A stretch of 64,000 nucleotides of DNA, taken from positions 4,836,001-4,900,000 of the forward strand of contig CM075991.1 in assembly GCA_038087875.1 (NCBI GenBank). The letters are read 5' to 3'. The translations under genes were made by a program, and so were the position numbers. How positions within the stretch are numbered: position 1 is the stretch's first letter; every line of letters begins with the position of its first letter. Source of the DNA: Malacoraja senta. Lineage: Eukaryota. Positions 40,611 through 53,859 of this stretch are shown one piece after another. The notes beneath the pieces are model-generated. The model saw only the letters and a list, made by a program, of their open reading frames with translations, was not told the origin of the DNA and made no database searches.

Positions 40611-40890
40611 TGCACAGTAGCGCGCAGTGGTAGAGTTGCTGCCTTACAGCGCCAGAGACCCGGTTTGTTCCTGAGGATGGGTGCTGTCTGTACGGAGTTT
40701 GTACATTCTAACTGTGATTGCGTGGGTTTTCTCTGGCTACTACAGTTTCCTCCCACATTCCAAAGATGCGGAGTTTTGTAGGTAAAAATTGGCTTCTGTT
40801 AATTGTCCCTAGTCTGTAGGATAGAACTAGCGTACGAGTGATCACTGGTCGGCACCTGTTTGCACATTATTTCTCTAAACGAAACTAAAC
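40611..40890 (+). mobile_element. HE1-like SINE
   Basis: Head, V-domain and (CTAAA)-type tail. Confidence 0.82.
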
Positions 40891-42725
40891 CTGACAACTC
40901 ACTGAATGGGGAGGGTAGTGTAGAGTGTGTTGCTTTTCATCATGTGACATATGAAACAAGCAAACTTCACCTGGACTTGAGAGCAAGAGAGATTACTGCA
41001 TCAATACAGGGGAGTAAGGAATGGCATTAGTTCAGCTCTGGAGGTCTCAAATGAGAACTCTGATGTGCAATTGCAGATACATATGGATATGTTTGGTGCG
41101 GTGTCCGAGCTGACAGAAACTTAAGGAACGTAGAACAGTCCAACATTTGCATAGCTTTCAGCTGAAATCAAGCACAATCTAGCCTGTGGGAAAGTAGCTG
41201 GCCTCTCTTTGCCAACGAGCATAGAAGTGTCCATGCTCTGTTGGTTGAAGTCAGCCCAGATGGAGGTCATCTAGTGCCTAGGCCCAACACTTCCATCTAA
41301 TAAAGGCTCAGCTCACTGCCATCACAGGACTGGAATCATTGATTGGCACAGGTTTCAATGCAATATGGCAGCCATGCCGGCTTACAAGGCCATCTGTTGT
41401 CCGAGACTGCTAATTGGCTTTCTGGAACAAGAATATTTTGGCCACTTCGAATTACACAGTGATTCCCTCAGCTGGCACCCTTGACCCTGAATTTGCCTTA
41501 CAGTTTAACAACCCAAAGAAAGTAGAATCCCTCACCAGAATAAGTTGGCTTGGAGCTGCTTTTGATTGTTCTTCAAGGCCACCTGATTGCTACCTCCTCC
41601 ATGCAAAGGTTCAATCTACTACAAACTCTACGGTGACCATCTTGGGAAAAAGCACTGAGACAATGTGATGGGGTTAATATGAAAACATTTTTATTAGTGA
41701 AATCCTAACTACTGTCGAGGCTTGCATTACCGGAGTCACAGAGATGGCGACAAATAGAGACGGCACAAGTGGAAAGTTCACCTGCAGGATTACTTGCTCC
41801 TTTATACAATGGTTCCGTTTGCTCTTGGCCTTAGATGGAAGGCAAGCTCACTGTGATGACTATATCAACATGAGATTGGTAATGTCTTCTTCCAGACATT
41901 GAGTGTTTGTGTTGGTTACATCAGCAGTTAAGGACGTATGATGGCACGGTGTAAAGAGAACTGAGTGACTTGATGTCCACCTTCCACTCAATCAGATACA
42001 GCATTGACAGTTATACCTACTTGAATGCCTCAATTATTCAAAGCATTTCTTATGATTGAAATGGATCTTCAACAGGATCTCAACGTTCAATAACATGGCC
42101 ATTGGGGTAGTCTCATTGTATTTGAAAAACAAGGCAGCTAGTGAAGGATGTAGTTGGTATATCTGTTATCATCCACATTTTCTGGGTGTGGACTGCACTC
42201 GCGCAAACCTAGTTTCTTCTTTCTGATGAAGCTGCCAATCAGAAAAACAAGTGTACTGACATCAGCTGTTTCTAATGGAGAGACCTGCATTTGGGGAAAC
42301 GAGTGGACTGATGTTGATTTGGTGAGGAATGTCATCTCCAGAAGGCAGTTTTTCTTTATGATGAATCCTGAGGAGGTAAATATTTGAGGAGGTAAATATT
42401 TTCTTTTCCAACTACTTTCTGGTTTTTGTGTTCCATTTATGGAAGCTGGACATCAGTTAGCATTTTTGATTCTGGACCAAATATGCCTCTCAAATGTAAA
42501 GCTTTTTGTTGAATTGGCAAGATCAAAATGAGAACTTGCAATATTCAACTTGCAATAAAGAACTTGCACATATAGCTGCAGAGACTATTTGATTGTTACT
42601 GGTGATTTTAATTCTTGGTTTCAATGTTTCAAAATGATGGTTTAGTAGACTCTGGACATTGACTCTGGACGTTGCAATTGATAATCATGGTTATGAACCC
42701 CACAGCAGACAACGTTGAAATGATA

Positions 42726-42941
42726 GACACAAAATGCTGGAGTAACTCAGCGGGTCAGGCAGCATCTCTGGAGAAAAAGGATGGGTGACTTTTCAGGTCC
42801 GGACCCTTCTTCAGTCTCTGACCTGGAACGTCACCCATCCTTTTTTTTCTCCAGAGATGCTGCCTGAACTGCTGAGTTACTCCAGCACTTTGTGTCTATC
42901 TTTAGTGTACACCAGCATCTGCAGTTCTTTGTTTCTACAAT
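42726..42941. mobile_element. Penelope-derived fold-back element
   Basis: 12 bp TSD GTTGAAATGATA (42714-42725 and 42942-42953). Confidence 0.8.
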
Positions 42942-44169
42942 GTTGAAATGATACCTGCTCTAGATGGTAGTGCAGGGCTCCCCTGCTCATCCAGGTTCTA
43001 GCTCATCTTTAGTACCCCTCTGGCTCTGCAGCAAGCAAATGAATCTAAGAGGCAAAATAGAAGGAAAGAGAGGATATCTTGTTTCCCACATTGCAGGAGA
43101 TAAAATAAGATGGGCACTGATGAAGGAAGACAGAAGTTGTTCAAGCTCCTAGGTACACAACATGGCATTGATGCAGAGGAGCTGAATGTTCAGGGTGATG
43201 GCAGTATGCTTGCCATAGATTGAGTCATGTGGCCAGCCCTGAAGGGCCATAAGTGCACTTTTTCTTTCCCTAACTCTTCAGAGAGATGCACTCTTTAATA
43301 TGATCGTAATATGATAATGGCTGACCTCAACTACACGTCTGTGCGATTTTCTCTATGCCCCTCTATTTCTTGATCTATCAAATATTTATCCGCCTGCACT
43401 TTCCAGCTTCCACCACCAGTCTCCAAATACATTGGATATGGAGCTTGGGTTCCTATGTGCTGCTGTGGGAATGGGGTCTTTGGAAACTATCCCTCCATTA
43501 TGTCCATATATGGAGTCCGTAGGCAAGTCTGTGTTGCCTTCAGTCTGTCTCTATTTACTTCCAGGACCACCAGTGAAATACACTGGACAAAGAGGTTAAA
43601 AATAAAAGTTTTGTTCTGTGCCCAGAAGATTCATGAAGGATCTCAGTACCTGACTCTGTACAAAGGTAAAGGTGGTTTATTATCCCGTGGGTTGTGTTAA
43701 AAGGTTATTTCCTATGCAGTTTCTTAGGAAGACATGATATATTTTAAGCCAGGTCATTCAAAAAGACGCATCGTGACTTGCATCATCACCCCTGTTTAGT
43801 TTACTTTCTTTAGTGAAAACAGCTGTTTCAATAAACTTGCACGAGACATGGACTAAAAGAAGAGATTTTTAATCATGTAAAAATTAGAAAGCAAATGATC
43901 CATGTCGGTGTGGAAAACTACAGCTGCTAGAAATCAAAAATAAAGTGCTAGAAACACTCAGCTGGTCAGGCAGCATCTATGGAGAGAGAAACAAAGTTAA
44001 CATTTCAGATAAATAACCTTCATCAGGACTGGACAAGTGCAAAAACAATTGTTCTAAACTTACAGAGAGGTGAAGGGATGGAGAGAACAAAGGAAATATC
44101 TGTGATAGTGTGGAGACCAGAATTGTCTAGATGATACAAAGCCTGCAATGCTATCTAGTTAATAATGAT

Positions 44170-44353
44170 AGGTAGACAAAAATGCTGGAGAAACTCAGCG
44201 GGTGAGGCAGCATCTATGGAGTCTGAAGAAGGGTCTCGACCGGAAACGTTGCCTATTTCCTTCGCTCCATAGATGCTGCCTCACGCGCTGAGTTTCTCCA
44301 GCATTTTTGTCTACCTTCGATTTTATCCAGCATCTGCAGTTCCTTCTTATACA
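44170..44353. mobile_element. Penelope-derived fold-back element nested in an older Penelope fragment
   Basis: TSD TAGTTAATAA(T/C)GAT (44156-44169 and 44354-44367); hammerhead core at ~44224. Confidence 0.8.
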
Positions 44354-45269
44354 TAGTTAATAACGATGGTTAGAGAGGGGATAAAATAGAATAACGTATT
44401 GGAACTGTGAGGTGCAAAAGTTGATAACTCCAAGAAATCTGAAAGCAAAGAGGCTACTGGAAGTCAGGGAACACGTGGAGATGGTGAAAAGCTGTTGTCG
44501 TTCAATAACCATATATCAGAACTGTTCACTATAAAAAATAAACTCCTGGCAAGCTTGAAGTAAATGTACATAATTGCATTTTTGCTATTCTGGCTGAGGG
44601 TGACTCAAATAGTATGTGTGTTTGTTCCAATGTCCCCATTGATATATCATTAATAATCAGGGTGTTTACTAAATTACTGAGTACGTCTGTTCATCTGCTG
44701 AAGCTTTTGAGTCAGTGAGAGTAAAGACTGGATATATTACATTTTAAATAGGAAATTGTCCTATACTTTGAGTTCTGCGGTGTAATTACAGCTATAATAA
44801 AATAAAGATCTTGGAGTCTTCAATACTGGGTTCTCTACAGTTTGTCTCAATTAGGATGGATTTCAAAATTTAAAAAAAGTGTTCCCACTCCCCCATCAGA
44901 CCACAGACCGAAGATTTGATGTGATTCTATTGTAGTTCTTTGTTGTGCCACTTGGCGCCACTGAAGTGTTATTTAAGCACAGTGCGTGTTATATATAGAT
45001 ACTTCAGTTTATATAACACCTTTCACAACTTTGATGACTCAAAAGTACCTGACAGCTTTCAGATACTTTAGTCACCAGTTGTGATGTAGAAATCATGATA
45101 GTCAATTTGCACAGAGTAAGCTCTCACAGACAGCAGGTATGACAGTGACCAGATCATATTAGACTTGGCATATTTGGTGTTCAAAATATCTACCACATTC
45201 AGCACCAATGGTCATGTTACCCACACAAAAAAGAACAATTGGCTGAAAGCAACAGCCAGAAGAACAGTA

Positions 45270-47050
45270 TGGCATATTTTTCCAAACGTGGAGTTATAAG
45301 ATCATTGGGATCTGCGCTAGTTAACAAGACACTCGTTGCAATTTAGTAGATCAGTACACACTTTGCTTTAGTCCCAAAAAGGCATCAGCTTTAAAGCATA
45401 CTACCCAGGAAGCAGCATATGGTTGCAGAAATATGCTCAAGGGTCAACAAGGGAGGGCAGAGTGGCTCCATGGGAGTAGGACAATGCACCACTTCCAGTA
45501 GTCCAGGTGAGGTGGCAGATCCCATGATGCAGGGCTCCCATGAGACTGTGCAGGTAGGTGTAAGTCACATGCACACACACTCTCTCAAAATGATATTGTC
45601 TTGAGACCACCACAAATCACTCTCACACAAAAGCACCACCATATCATCTTCAGACAGGAGGGAGGGATCAAGCATTGGAGGAGTGTCTCATCAAACAGGA
45701 AATAAACATACTGAGGCAGATAGGCAAGAGATGCCACGAAGCCAAACTGGGCTGGATGAGCAGGCAGGACTCAAAGCCTGCCAGTTTGTTGCTCCATTGT
45801 TTCATTCTGTTGTCAGTGTTGGTACTGAATTCCTTAGCAGTGCACAGCATCAGATACATCAGGGAGATGCCTTTAGATACTGCATCTTGGAAGTCCTGCT
45901 GTCCCTTGTTTTATTTTTGCAAGGTTTAAGCAGAGGCACGAGATGCCCTCCCCATTCCTCTTCCTTCTCAGAAGACAATGAACAAGTGAGTTGGAGGAGC
46001 CACGGTGGTCATAGCTGAGAGAGGAAGAGGCAGCAGAGGGAGGGAAGGAAATTGAGGGGTTACTGGAGAGTTGGGAGACTGAGTTGAAGAATAAAAAGAA
46101 TAGCAACATTTCTCATTGTGTCACACTCCACAACACCTGTTCACTGGTCAGCTGCATGGGGAATCAAAATATTCAGAAAAGGGATAAGTGTCCAGCACTG
46201 ACCAGTGGGCTTGACTCTAGCACTGGAAGGCATAAGGAATCAGGTGTGGAGCAAAGACTCAGCACAAAGTCACCTGGCACTACAACCTGTGAATCAGCAT
46301 GCTCACCTGTTCCTTGCAGCCAACCCTTCCAGACTGCTTCATCCCTGGCTGGGAGAAACTGAACCTTCCAGGGCAGGGGCTTCTCTTCAGACTGCAAGAC
46401 CATCTGCTAACACATCAATTGAAGGAGTAGCCTTCTAGAAAGCAGACTGCAGCGACACGGGAGACAACCCGACAAAGTGCTTGGAACGATAACGAGGATA
46501 AAGTTCACAAAAAGCAAGGGACATGAGGATTTATATCTTAAAGTGAGATTGACCATTAAGTTTCCAGATTAAATTCAAGTGACTTTGTTATAAATCTCTG
46601 AAAATATTAGATATGAAAAATGACTTGTTTTATTTGCCGTTTACATCCATTGTCAGCCAGTATAACTGATAATGTTGTGTCACGTGCTGGCATAGTTGGT
46701 AGTTGGCAGAGACGAGGAAGTTTGTTAAATGGATGCCAGGCACTTGAAGATTCTCTGGGCAATTTGTCATTGAACGGTGCCTTCCCCCTGAGTTGAACAG
46801 CAGCTAGTGTTCATTTTGAAAGTTCTGTACTCTTGTTACATGTTGGTCTGAATATGAGAGAATATGAGTAATAATAACATGTTTCATCCTTTCTTGTCAG
46901 ACGTCTACTCTAGTTATCATGGCCGCCTGTGAGGCAGGGACTCTGGCCATAGGCAGTAAAATGTGAGAAAGGTTGACATCTAAAATGTAATGTTGCATCA
47001 TCTTGTCCAGTTTGTACACTGTAACAATCTCCAATGTCTAGACCTATAAC
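45270..47050. pseudogene. Second Harbinger relic: Myb-like gene (+, ~45270-46080) convergent with a transposase C-terminus (-, ~46660-47050)
   Basis: On +: IWL..IA.RVN...QC, then a GT donor at ~45554, then TGG.....L...E..IL..IG and an acidic stretch. On -: HD.RV, FKCL and (L)HNI in order. All motifs are heavily degenerate. Confidence 0.35.
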
Positions 47051-47535
47051 GTTGTAAGAGAGGACTGATCAATATCAGTATTGTTTCTACAGTACATAAT
47101 CCAGTCACCATTTTTGTAGTCTGCACAAGATGAACGGGAGAAAGCATAAGATCCAAGAATCACGTCAGTATGAGCTCATCTTTGAAAATGGCTACTGCCC
47201 CAGTACACTGAAGGGCTACAATATGAACACATCTCCCTCTTCTACAGCTGATACTTACAACTGTGACACAAGAACATACGCAAAGCAACTCCATTATGTT
47301 AATGATGACAAAAAGAGGAAATAAAATATTGAAGAAGCAAAAAAAGACACAAATATTTGTTGAAGTCAAAGTGATTAATATCACACAGAAATCCAAAGGC
47401 AAAGCATTGATAAAGTTCGAAATACAACAGACCCAGTGAAACATGAACTCGGTTTCCTACATGGTCTGGATCTGATGATTATGTCCAGCATTTTCTGTTA
47501 TTATTTTAGATTGTTGGACATGAACTCCTGCATTT

Positions 47536-47846
47536 TTAGTTTAGTTTTAGTTTAGTTTAGAGATACAGCATGGAAACAGCCCCTTCGGCCCACCGGGTCT
47601 GCGCCGACCAGCGATCCCCATACACTAGCACTATCCTACATACAAGGCACAATTTTACTGAAGCCAATTAACCTACAAACCCGTTGGTCTTTGGAATGTG
47701 GAAGAAACCAGAGCTCCCGGAGAAAACACATGCAGTCACGGGGAGACCGTGCAACCTCGGAACATACAGCACCCGTAGTCAGGCTCGAACCCGGGTCTCT
47801 GGTGCAGTAAGGCAGCAACTCTACTGCTGCGCCACTGTGCCACCCC
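47536..47846 (-). mobile_element. HE1-like SINE, full length
   Basis: (TTTAG)n tail on +, V-domain, head ends gccactgtgccaccc. Confidence 0.85.
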
Positions 47847-48739
47847 GATACTCAAGCGAGATCAATTTATACTCGAGATTTCCTTATATGGAAAGGGATT
47901 ACGAGAAATGCCATATTTTGTACACAGATATAAATGACACAGATATTTACAAATTAATTCAACTCCTATATGCTTCTGAGGCTTAGACCTGAAGGACGCA
48001 CTAATTACATCCGGCTAAATCCATTGGGCAGGCTGTGTGCCCAGCATTAGTCTCCCAAAAGATACTCTTTTGGAAGCTCTGACATGGGAACAGATCACCC
48101 GTAAGAGAGCAGAAAATTCCTTGGAAAACTAGACACAAAGAACTGCGGATGCTGATTTACAAAAAAAGACATAATGTGCTGGAGTAACTCAGCCGTTCAG
48201 GCAGTAACTTTTGAAGACTTGGACAGGCCTATGTGGCAGAACATGGTTATGTGACGTTTCAGGTTGAGACTTTTGGAATGGAATGGCCACTGTGACACTG
48301 TTGCTTGCTTACCTATTGTATACAAATACATTACAATGTATACAAATACAAATATATTGCCCTTCTCAAATGGGCATTTGAACTACTTCTGCCTTTTTTA
48401 TAATGGTCAGACCCTTAAAGGGTTTGGGGCCATCAGAGTTTGAAAGGCTGAGGCTTCAGGAAATTCAATGGGCCAGGCTAAAAACGTGTGGGTGGGTTGG
48501 TGCCACAGTCTAATGGGGAGAAAAATATAGATGTGTAATGGCATTTACCTCAGTGGAGTCCCAGTCTAGAATAGGATTAGACAAAAATCTATTTTTTTCA
48601 GAAGTGACCTACAATTGTTCTTAGAACTATGTGATCTCATTTTCTTGGTAATGCGCCAAACCGTTTGAACCAACCTGGACGTGGGCATTATCTCAAGCAA
48701 GACTGCACGTGATCATCTGGCACTGAAACAAGTAATACA

Positions 48740-48842
48740 AGTAATCAGTCTGAAGAAGGGTTTCGGCCCGAAACGTTACCTATTTCCTTCGCTCCATAGA
48801 TGCTGCTGCACCCGCTGAGTTTCTCCAGCATTTTTGTGTACC
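48740..48842 (+). mobile_element. Single-arm Penelope pseudo-LTR unit with a hammerhead core
   Basis: CTGAAGA-AGGGTTTCGGCCC-GAAACGTTA; 13 bp TSD AACAAGTAATACA (48727-48739 and 48843-48855). Confidence 0.78.
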
Positions 48843-49239
48843 AACAAGTAATACATGTTTTTTTCAACTTATTCAAAAAAAAAGATGAATGCCTATTTCA
48901 CAAAGTAGAATTGGGTGTAGATAGATATGAGTGTGTTAGGTCTCTTGTACCATGTTCACATACCCACTCTGCACTTGAGGTTGGATAGTAAGTGATACAA
49001 TTTTAGTCCAGGGTTTGTAAGCTGGGGCATCACAGCTGATTAAATCATTAACCTCACCATTAGATTCTAATTCCTACTACATGTACCCTGGAAAACATAG
49101 GCCACTTTCCATACCTCAGAAGCAACTTTGGCATGAAGCCAGACATTGAAATCAAATCCACCATTGCTTCTGCTGCAGAAGCCCATCCTTTGACGATGGA
49201 TGGTTGACTTTGGATGATTTTCTGATGGAAAAAAATGTT

Positions 49240-49652
49240 CAAATGTTCCCCCATTCTTCCAGTCTTCTACTCCGACAATTCCCTCCTCTCACTTACCTTT
49301 TTTCTTATTAGTTCATTCTTTACCTCTCCCCGTCTCCTTCATCTCGATCTCTCTGCCTCTCCATTATTTGTCTCCTTTCTCTTACACATCCTCCTCTTTT
49401 ATATTCACTCCTTTCTATTATTTCCATGGTGACCTTATTTTCACATCAACTCCCCCCTCCCATTCTCCCTCCCCTTTCTGACTTCTCTAACATTTCTTTC
49501 CCTTTGGTCCTTTCTCCATCCATTCTGTCTCACAACCTCATTTGTCACCCCCTTCCTTTCTCTTATTACCTACCTCCTCCCATTTCCCATCCCCTTTCAC
49601 CTACATACCACCTCCGTCCCACTCCCCACTAATCTCTCTCCTCCTTAACCCT

Positions 49653-49706
<54 letters not shown>

Positions 49707-49950
49707 ATACCCCTTCTCTCTTCTCCCCTCTACCTCATCCGGTCTCCCTTTCCTGCCTTTCACTATTATATTTTCTTACTTTGCCACTTCATAAAAGAGG
49801 GGAGAGTTGGAGGACAGATAAAGAGAGGGAAAGGATATGAGGAGAGAGAGTGAGAGGTAAGAAAAGGAGAAAGCGAGGAGTACATTCAGAGAGAATTGAT
49901 CAAGAGAAGCAAACAAGAGATGAAGGGAGAGAGAATGGGGCAAAGGCATT
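49240..49950. repeat. Polypyrimidine tract with a (CT)~22 microsatellite followed by a polypurine tract
   Basis: C/T-rich 49240-49780, (CT)n at ~49655-49698, G/A-rich 49790-49945. Confidence 0.85.
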
Positions 49951-51092
49951 CTGTGGAAATAATTTGGCATTAAACCTAAGTCAAATTTACTAATTCAAAA
50001 TCGTTTTCAGAAAATTGTTTACATGGTCTCAGCAAATATTCCAAAGCAACTGGACATTTTAAGATTTGACAAGCTGTGTTTCTAACAACATGAAATTTGG
50101 CTCCCTGGTAACTATTGAAATTAATAGAAAGAAACGGGCAATATTGCTGCCATGCAGTTTAATTGAAATTCTTGTTTCAAGAGTCATGTTTCCCATGCAC
50201 CATTAATTTCTGGTCTTGTCCAAGCTGTGTTGTTCATGAGCCAAATATTTTCACACAATGAGGCTAGGAAACAATAGCTGACTGTAACCGCTTAACATTC
50301 CTTGTTAAGCTACTGCTGTTCAAAATATCACTGAGATTGCAAAGGATATTTTTGCTCTCTATGCTCTCCAAGAAGATGGTATGGTGTGGAGAAATTGTAA
50401 CTGTTGATTTTTACTTTTTTATACTGAGCTTTTATACTGAGCATTTTTAGTACTGAGGTTACACAAGATAACGTCAACTTGCTTTAGGAACTGAAATATT
50501 GTTACTTCCTGTTTTTATTTTCCATAAATTAGTTTTTTTTTAATGAATGTCTAAATTTACCTTTCCATTAACAAATAGTTCCTGGTCGTAGCTTTGTCTT
50601 GAATTGATGCCTCATGGAACATGTCTGCAGCGTGTGTGTGATTATTTTTGAGATGTGGAACCAAAACTGCTGATCATTTTGGTTAGCAGGTTTAGAGAAA
50701 TGACTAATTTCTCACGACTCATGACACCAGTGTCTCAACCCAAAACATCGACCATCCTCTTGCCTCCACAGATGCTGCTTGACCCACTGAGTTCCTCCAG
50801 CAGTTTTTTCTTCCAGATTCCAGCAACTTGTGTTACCAGTGCATTGCTTTATCATTTTGCCAAATAACAGCAGACTATATTCAGGCATGATATAAATCTT
50901 AACAGGAAAAGACTTTAAGGAGTGGCTAATCTGAAGCCTGCATCATAATGTACAGAACCATCTTGTGCATTTTCAATCATTACAGAGATCTGATAAGCAG
51001 ATTTTGTTTTGCATATTTGACTAATCCTTCAATGGCTTTCCTGAAGTAATGGGGCAGTGGGGATCTCCCAACATGTATACACAGTGGATTTA

Positions 51093-51571
51093 ATTCCTCC
51101 TAGTAGGCAAAGTAGACCAATTTCAAAAGACGTGGTCTACGTTTTTGGACCTATTACAAGCATGAGGTGCAATAGTAATTTAGAAAAACAAATAAATAAA
51201 TAAAAGGTATCTGGACCTGGTAATGGGAGGTAAAACAAAAACAGACTTGGTTGGTAGTTCCTTCTCTATGAAGTATGTTATAAGAGTTATAATAGAGCGA
51301 TTGTTCCTTCTTTCTTTCTCTTTCTTTTCTAGGGTCTATTTTCTAACTTTACTTCCTTCTCTAACTTCTTTTCTAAGGGGCTTTCTTTTCCCAAAACTCT
51401 TTTGCACTTCACAACCTTTGCGCACTTTCTTCACTTTTCTTACTTCTTTCTTTTTCTTTCTTAAAGTTTAAAAAAGTGAAGCGGTACAAAAAATGTATTA
51501 ATATATACGTGTTGTACATTACTGTAATCTACCGTACTTCTATTAAAAACATTATTTAAAAAAAAAAAAAA
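51093..51571 (+). mobile_element. 5'-truncated L1-like LINE (ORF2 tip + 3' UTR + poly-A) with a 16 bp TSD
   Basis: TSD ATACACAGTGGATTTA (51077-51092 and 51572-51587); ...GKVDQFQKTWSTFLDLLQA*; T-rich 3' UTR; poly-A tail of ~14 A. Confidence 0.75.
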
Positions 51572-51619
51572 ATACACAGTGGATTTAGATTTGCTGCATG
51601 TTTTCAAAGTATACCTACA

Positions 51620-51674
51620 TATTTTCAAACTCTTCTAAACTCGCCAATTAGGTCGCCCAAGTGGGACAGCCCCT
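51620..51674. mobile_element. Right-end fragment of a related MITE
   Basis: ...GGTCGCCCAAGTGGGACAGCCCCT|TAA, a TIR variant of the AGGGCCTGTCCCACTTGG family; no left end seen. Confidence 0.55.
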
Positions 51675-51699
51675 TAACATTCCGTGCTATTACTTTTAC

Positions 51700-52582
51700 C
51701 TCAAATTTAGAAATTGGTGGTGTTGATAGTAAAGAGGATAGATGTAGGCTTCAGAATAATATTGATCAGTTAATAAATTGGGCAGGGCAATGACAGATGG
51801 AATTTAATTCTGTTCATGTGAGGTGATGCATTTTGGAGGACCAAGTAAGGGTAGGACATATACCATGAGTGGTAGGGCCCTAAGAAGTAATGAGGAACAG
51901 AGGGACCTCATTGTACAACCAAAAACTCCAGAAGGTACCAGCACCACTGGAGAAGGTGTAAAAGTAGGCTTTCGGCACATTTGCCTTCATCAGTCAAAGT
52001 AGTGAGTATAGAAGTTCGGATGTAATGTTACAGTGATACAAAACTTTTGAATATTGTGTTCAGTTTTGGTCACCTTGTTACAGGGAAGATGTTGTTAGTT
52101 GGAAAGGGTGCAGAGAAGATTTACAAGGACATTGCCAGGACTCAAGCCCCTGAGCTATAGGGACAGGTTGAGCAGGCTGGGACTACAGGAGTGCAGGAGG
52201 ATGAGGGGTAATCTCATAGAGGTGTATAAGATCACGAGAGGAATAGATAGGGCAGATGCACATTGTCTTTTACCCGGAGTAGGGTAATCAAGAACCAGAG
52301 AACATTGGTTTAATGTGAGGGTGGAGGGGGGGAGAGAGATAATAGCAACCTGAGGGACATCTTTTTTACACTCAACATGGTGGGTATGTGGCCAGAGGAG
52401 GTAGTTGAGACAGTACTATCAGAACATTTAAAAAACATTTAGATAGGCACATGGATATGATAGAAGGATATGGGCCAAAATAGGCAGGTGGGACTAGTGT
52501 AGATGGAGCATGTTGATCGGCGTGGGCAAGTTGGGCCGAAGGGCCTGTTGCCAAGCTGTATGACTCTGTGACTATGACTATG
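51700..52582 (+). mobile_element. CR1 LINE 3' region
   Basis: ORF 52099..52287 ERVQRRFTRTLPGL..LSY.DRL..LGL; tail tatgactctgtgactatgactatga. Confidence 0.8.
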
Positions 52583-53859
52583 AGGTATGTAGTATCCAAA
52601 GACATACATACTTATCAATTGTGATATGTCCAAAGTATATAATTTGAAACTAGAATGAGGGAAAGTCATAGCTAGCTTCCAGAGATAAAGGAGACATTCC
52701 TGGCCTTTTAGCTACCAGGTATAAAAAAGAATCACCAACAGTAATAAATAGTTTACTTCCAGACACCTGGATATATTTTAAAGTAAGCTTGATATTGTGA
52801 AGTATTAGTTTTATGAATAGTAAATCTGGAAGTTAATGTAAGAAGCTAAAATGAATGTTAAACATTTAAAATAACTGCAGATTTTGAATCCAATGCCTGA
52901 TTACATATCATTTGGCCAGGATTATTTTATGTAAACTGAAGCATAATGTCAGAAAATCCCCCCTCCATTTACATTGTGATGTCGTTGTACAGGCACTAAC
53001 GTGCTATTTTTACTCCTTTGTAATTCTCTGACTAGCATTCCTCCTTTCAGAGATAGCGTGGGGGAGGCCTTAAACACAGAGTTCTCCGCCACCTTCAATG
53101 CCTTTGCTGATTGGGTGTTTGGAGATTTCGGCAGGCATCAATTCCACCTACAGAGGAATGCCTCGCTGACTCACAGTGTCAACCATGAGCACATGAAAAT
53201 CACTCGCCCCCTCTCTTCTCTTCCCCAATCCTCTTCCTCTATTATATGCTTCGTGCCTGAGCTGTAGATAAAATATATAGAGAAATTGACTCCTTTTTTT
53301 TAACATGTTATAAATGGAAAAAGAGAGAGGATAATGCAGAAATATCTACAGCTTTTAGTGATCAAAAACACTTAGCAATCAGTTATGAAATGTGGGCCGG
53401 GAGATTAATTAATTGTAAATTGTCTCTTGTATGTAGTTGAGGGTTAGTATCTGGGGAGTTAATGGGCATGTGGGGAGAATAGAATGGGAATGGTGTAGGA
53501 TTGGTGCAAATGGTCAGTGTAGACCCAATGTGCTGTATGAATAGTCGCTGTGGGAATGCATAAGTTAAATAATGTAGAAGTGTGAAAACAGGAGCAAAAA
53601 CTATGAGTAAGATTTCGTTTTGGAGGGGTTAAGGAAGGGAATTCCACAGCTGACTGAAGGGACATCCACCCATCGGGAAGCGATTAAAAATAGCGATAGG
53701 CAATACACTGATAACAGAAGGATGTAGCAAAGTATACTACTAGCATGAATGAAAACCATTTCAGTATTTTCTTATTGCAGTCTTTTCTTATTTTTGAATA
53801 AAATTATAAATATGCTATCTTTTCTCTTAAAATTAAGCATTTATTAAAAAATTTAAAAG

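Noticed and set aside
42080..42160. Minus-strand HPSLAALFFKYN resembling the hAT dimerisation domain
   Set aside because: The diagnostic P.SSA..ER.FS could only be obtained with several assumed frameshifts.
53001..53267. 88 aa ORF with a good acceptor at 53050
   Set aside because: The frame required by the PEBP4 exon hits TAA after 6 codons, and the open frame has no recognisable homology.
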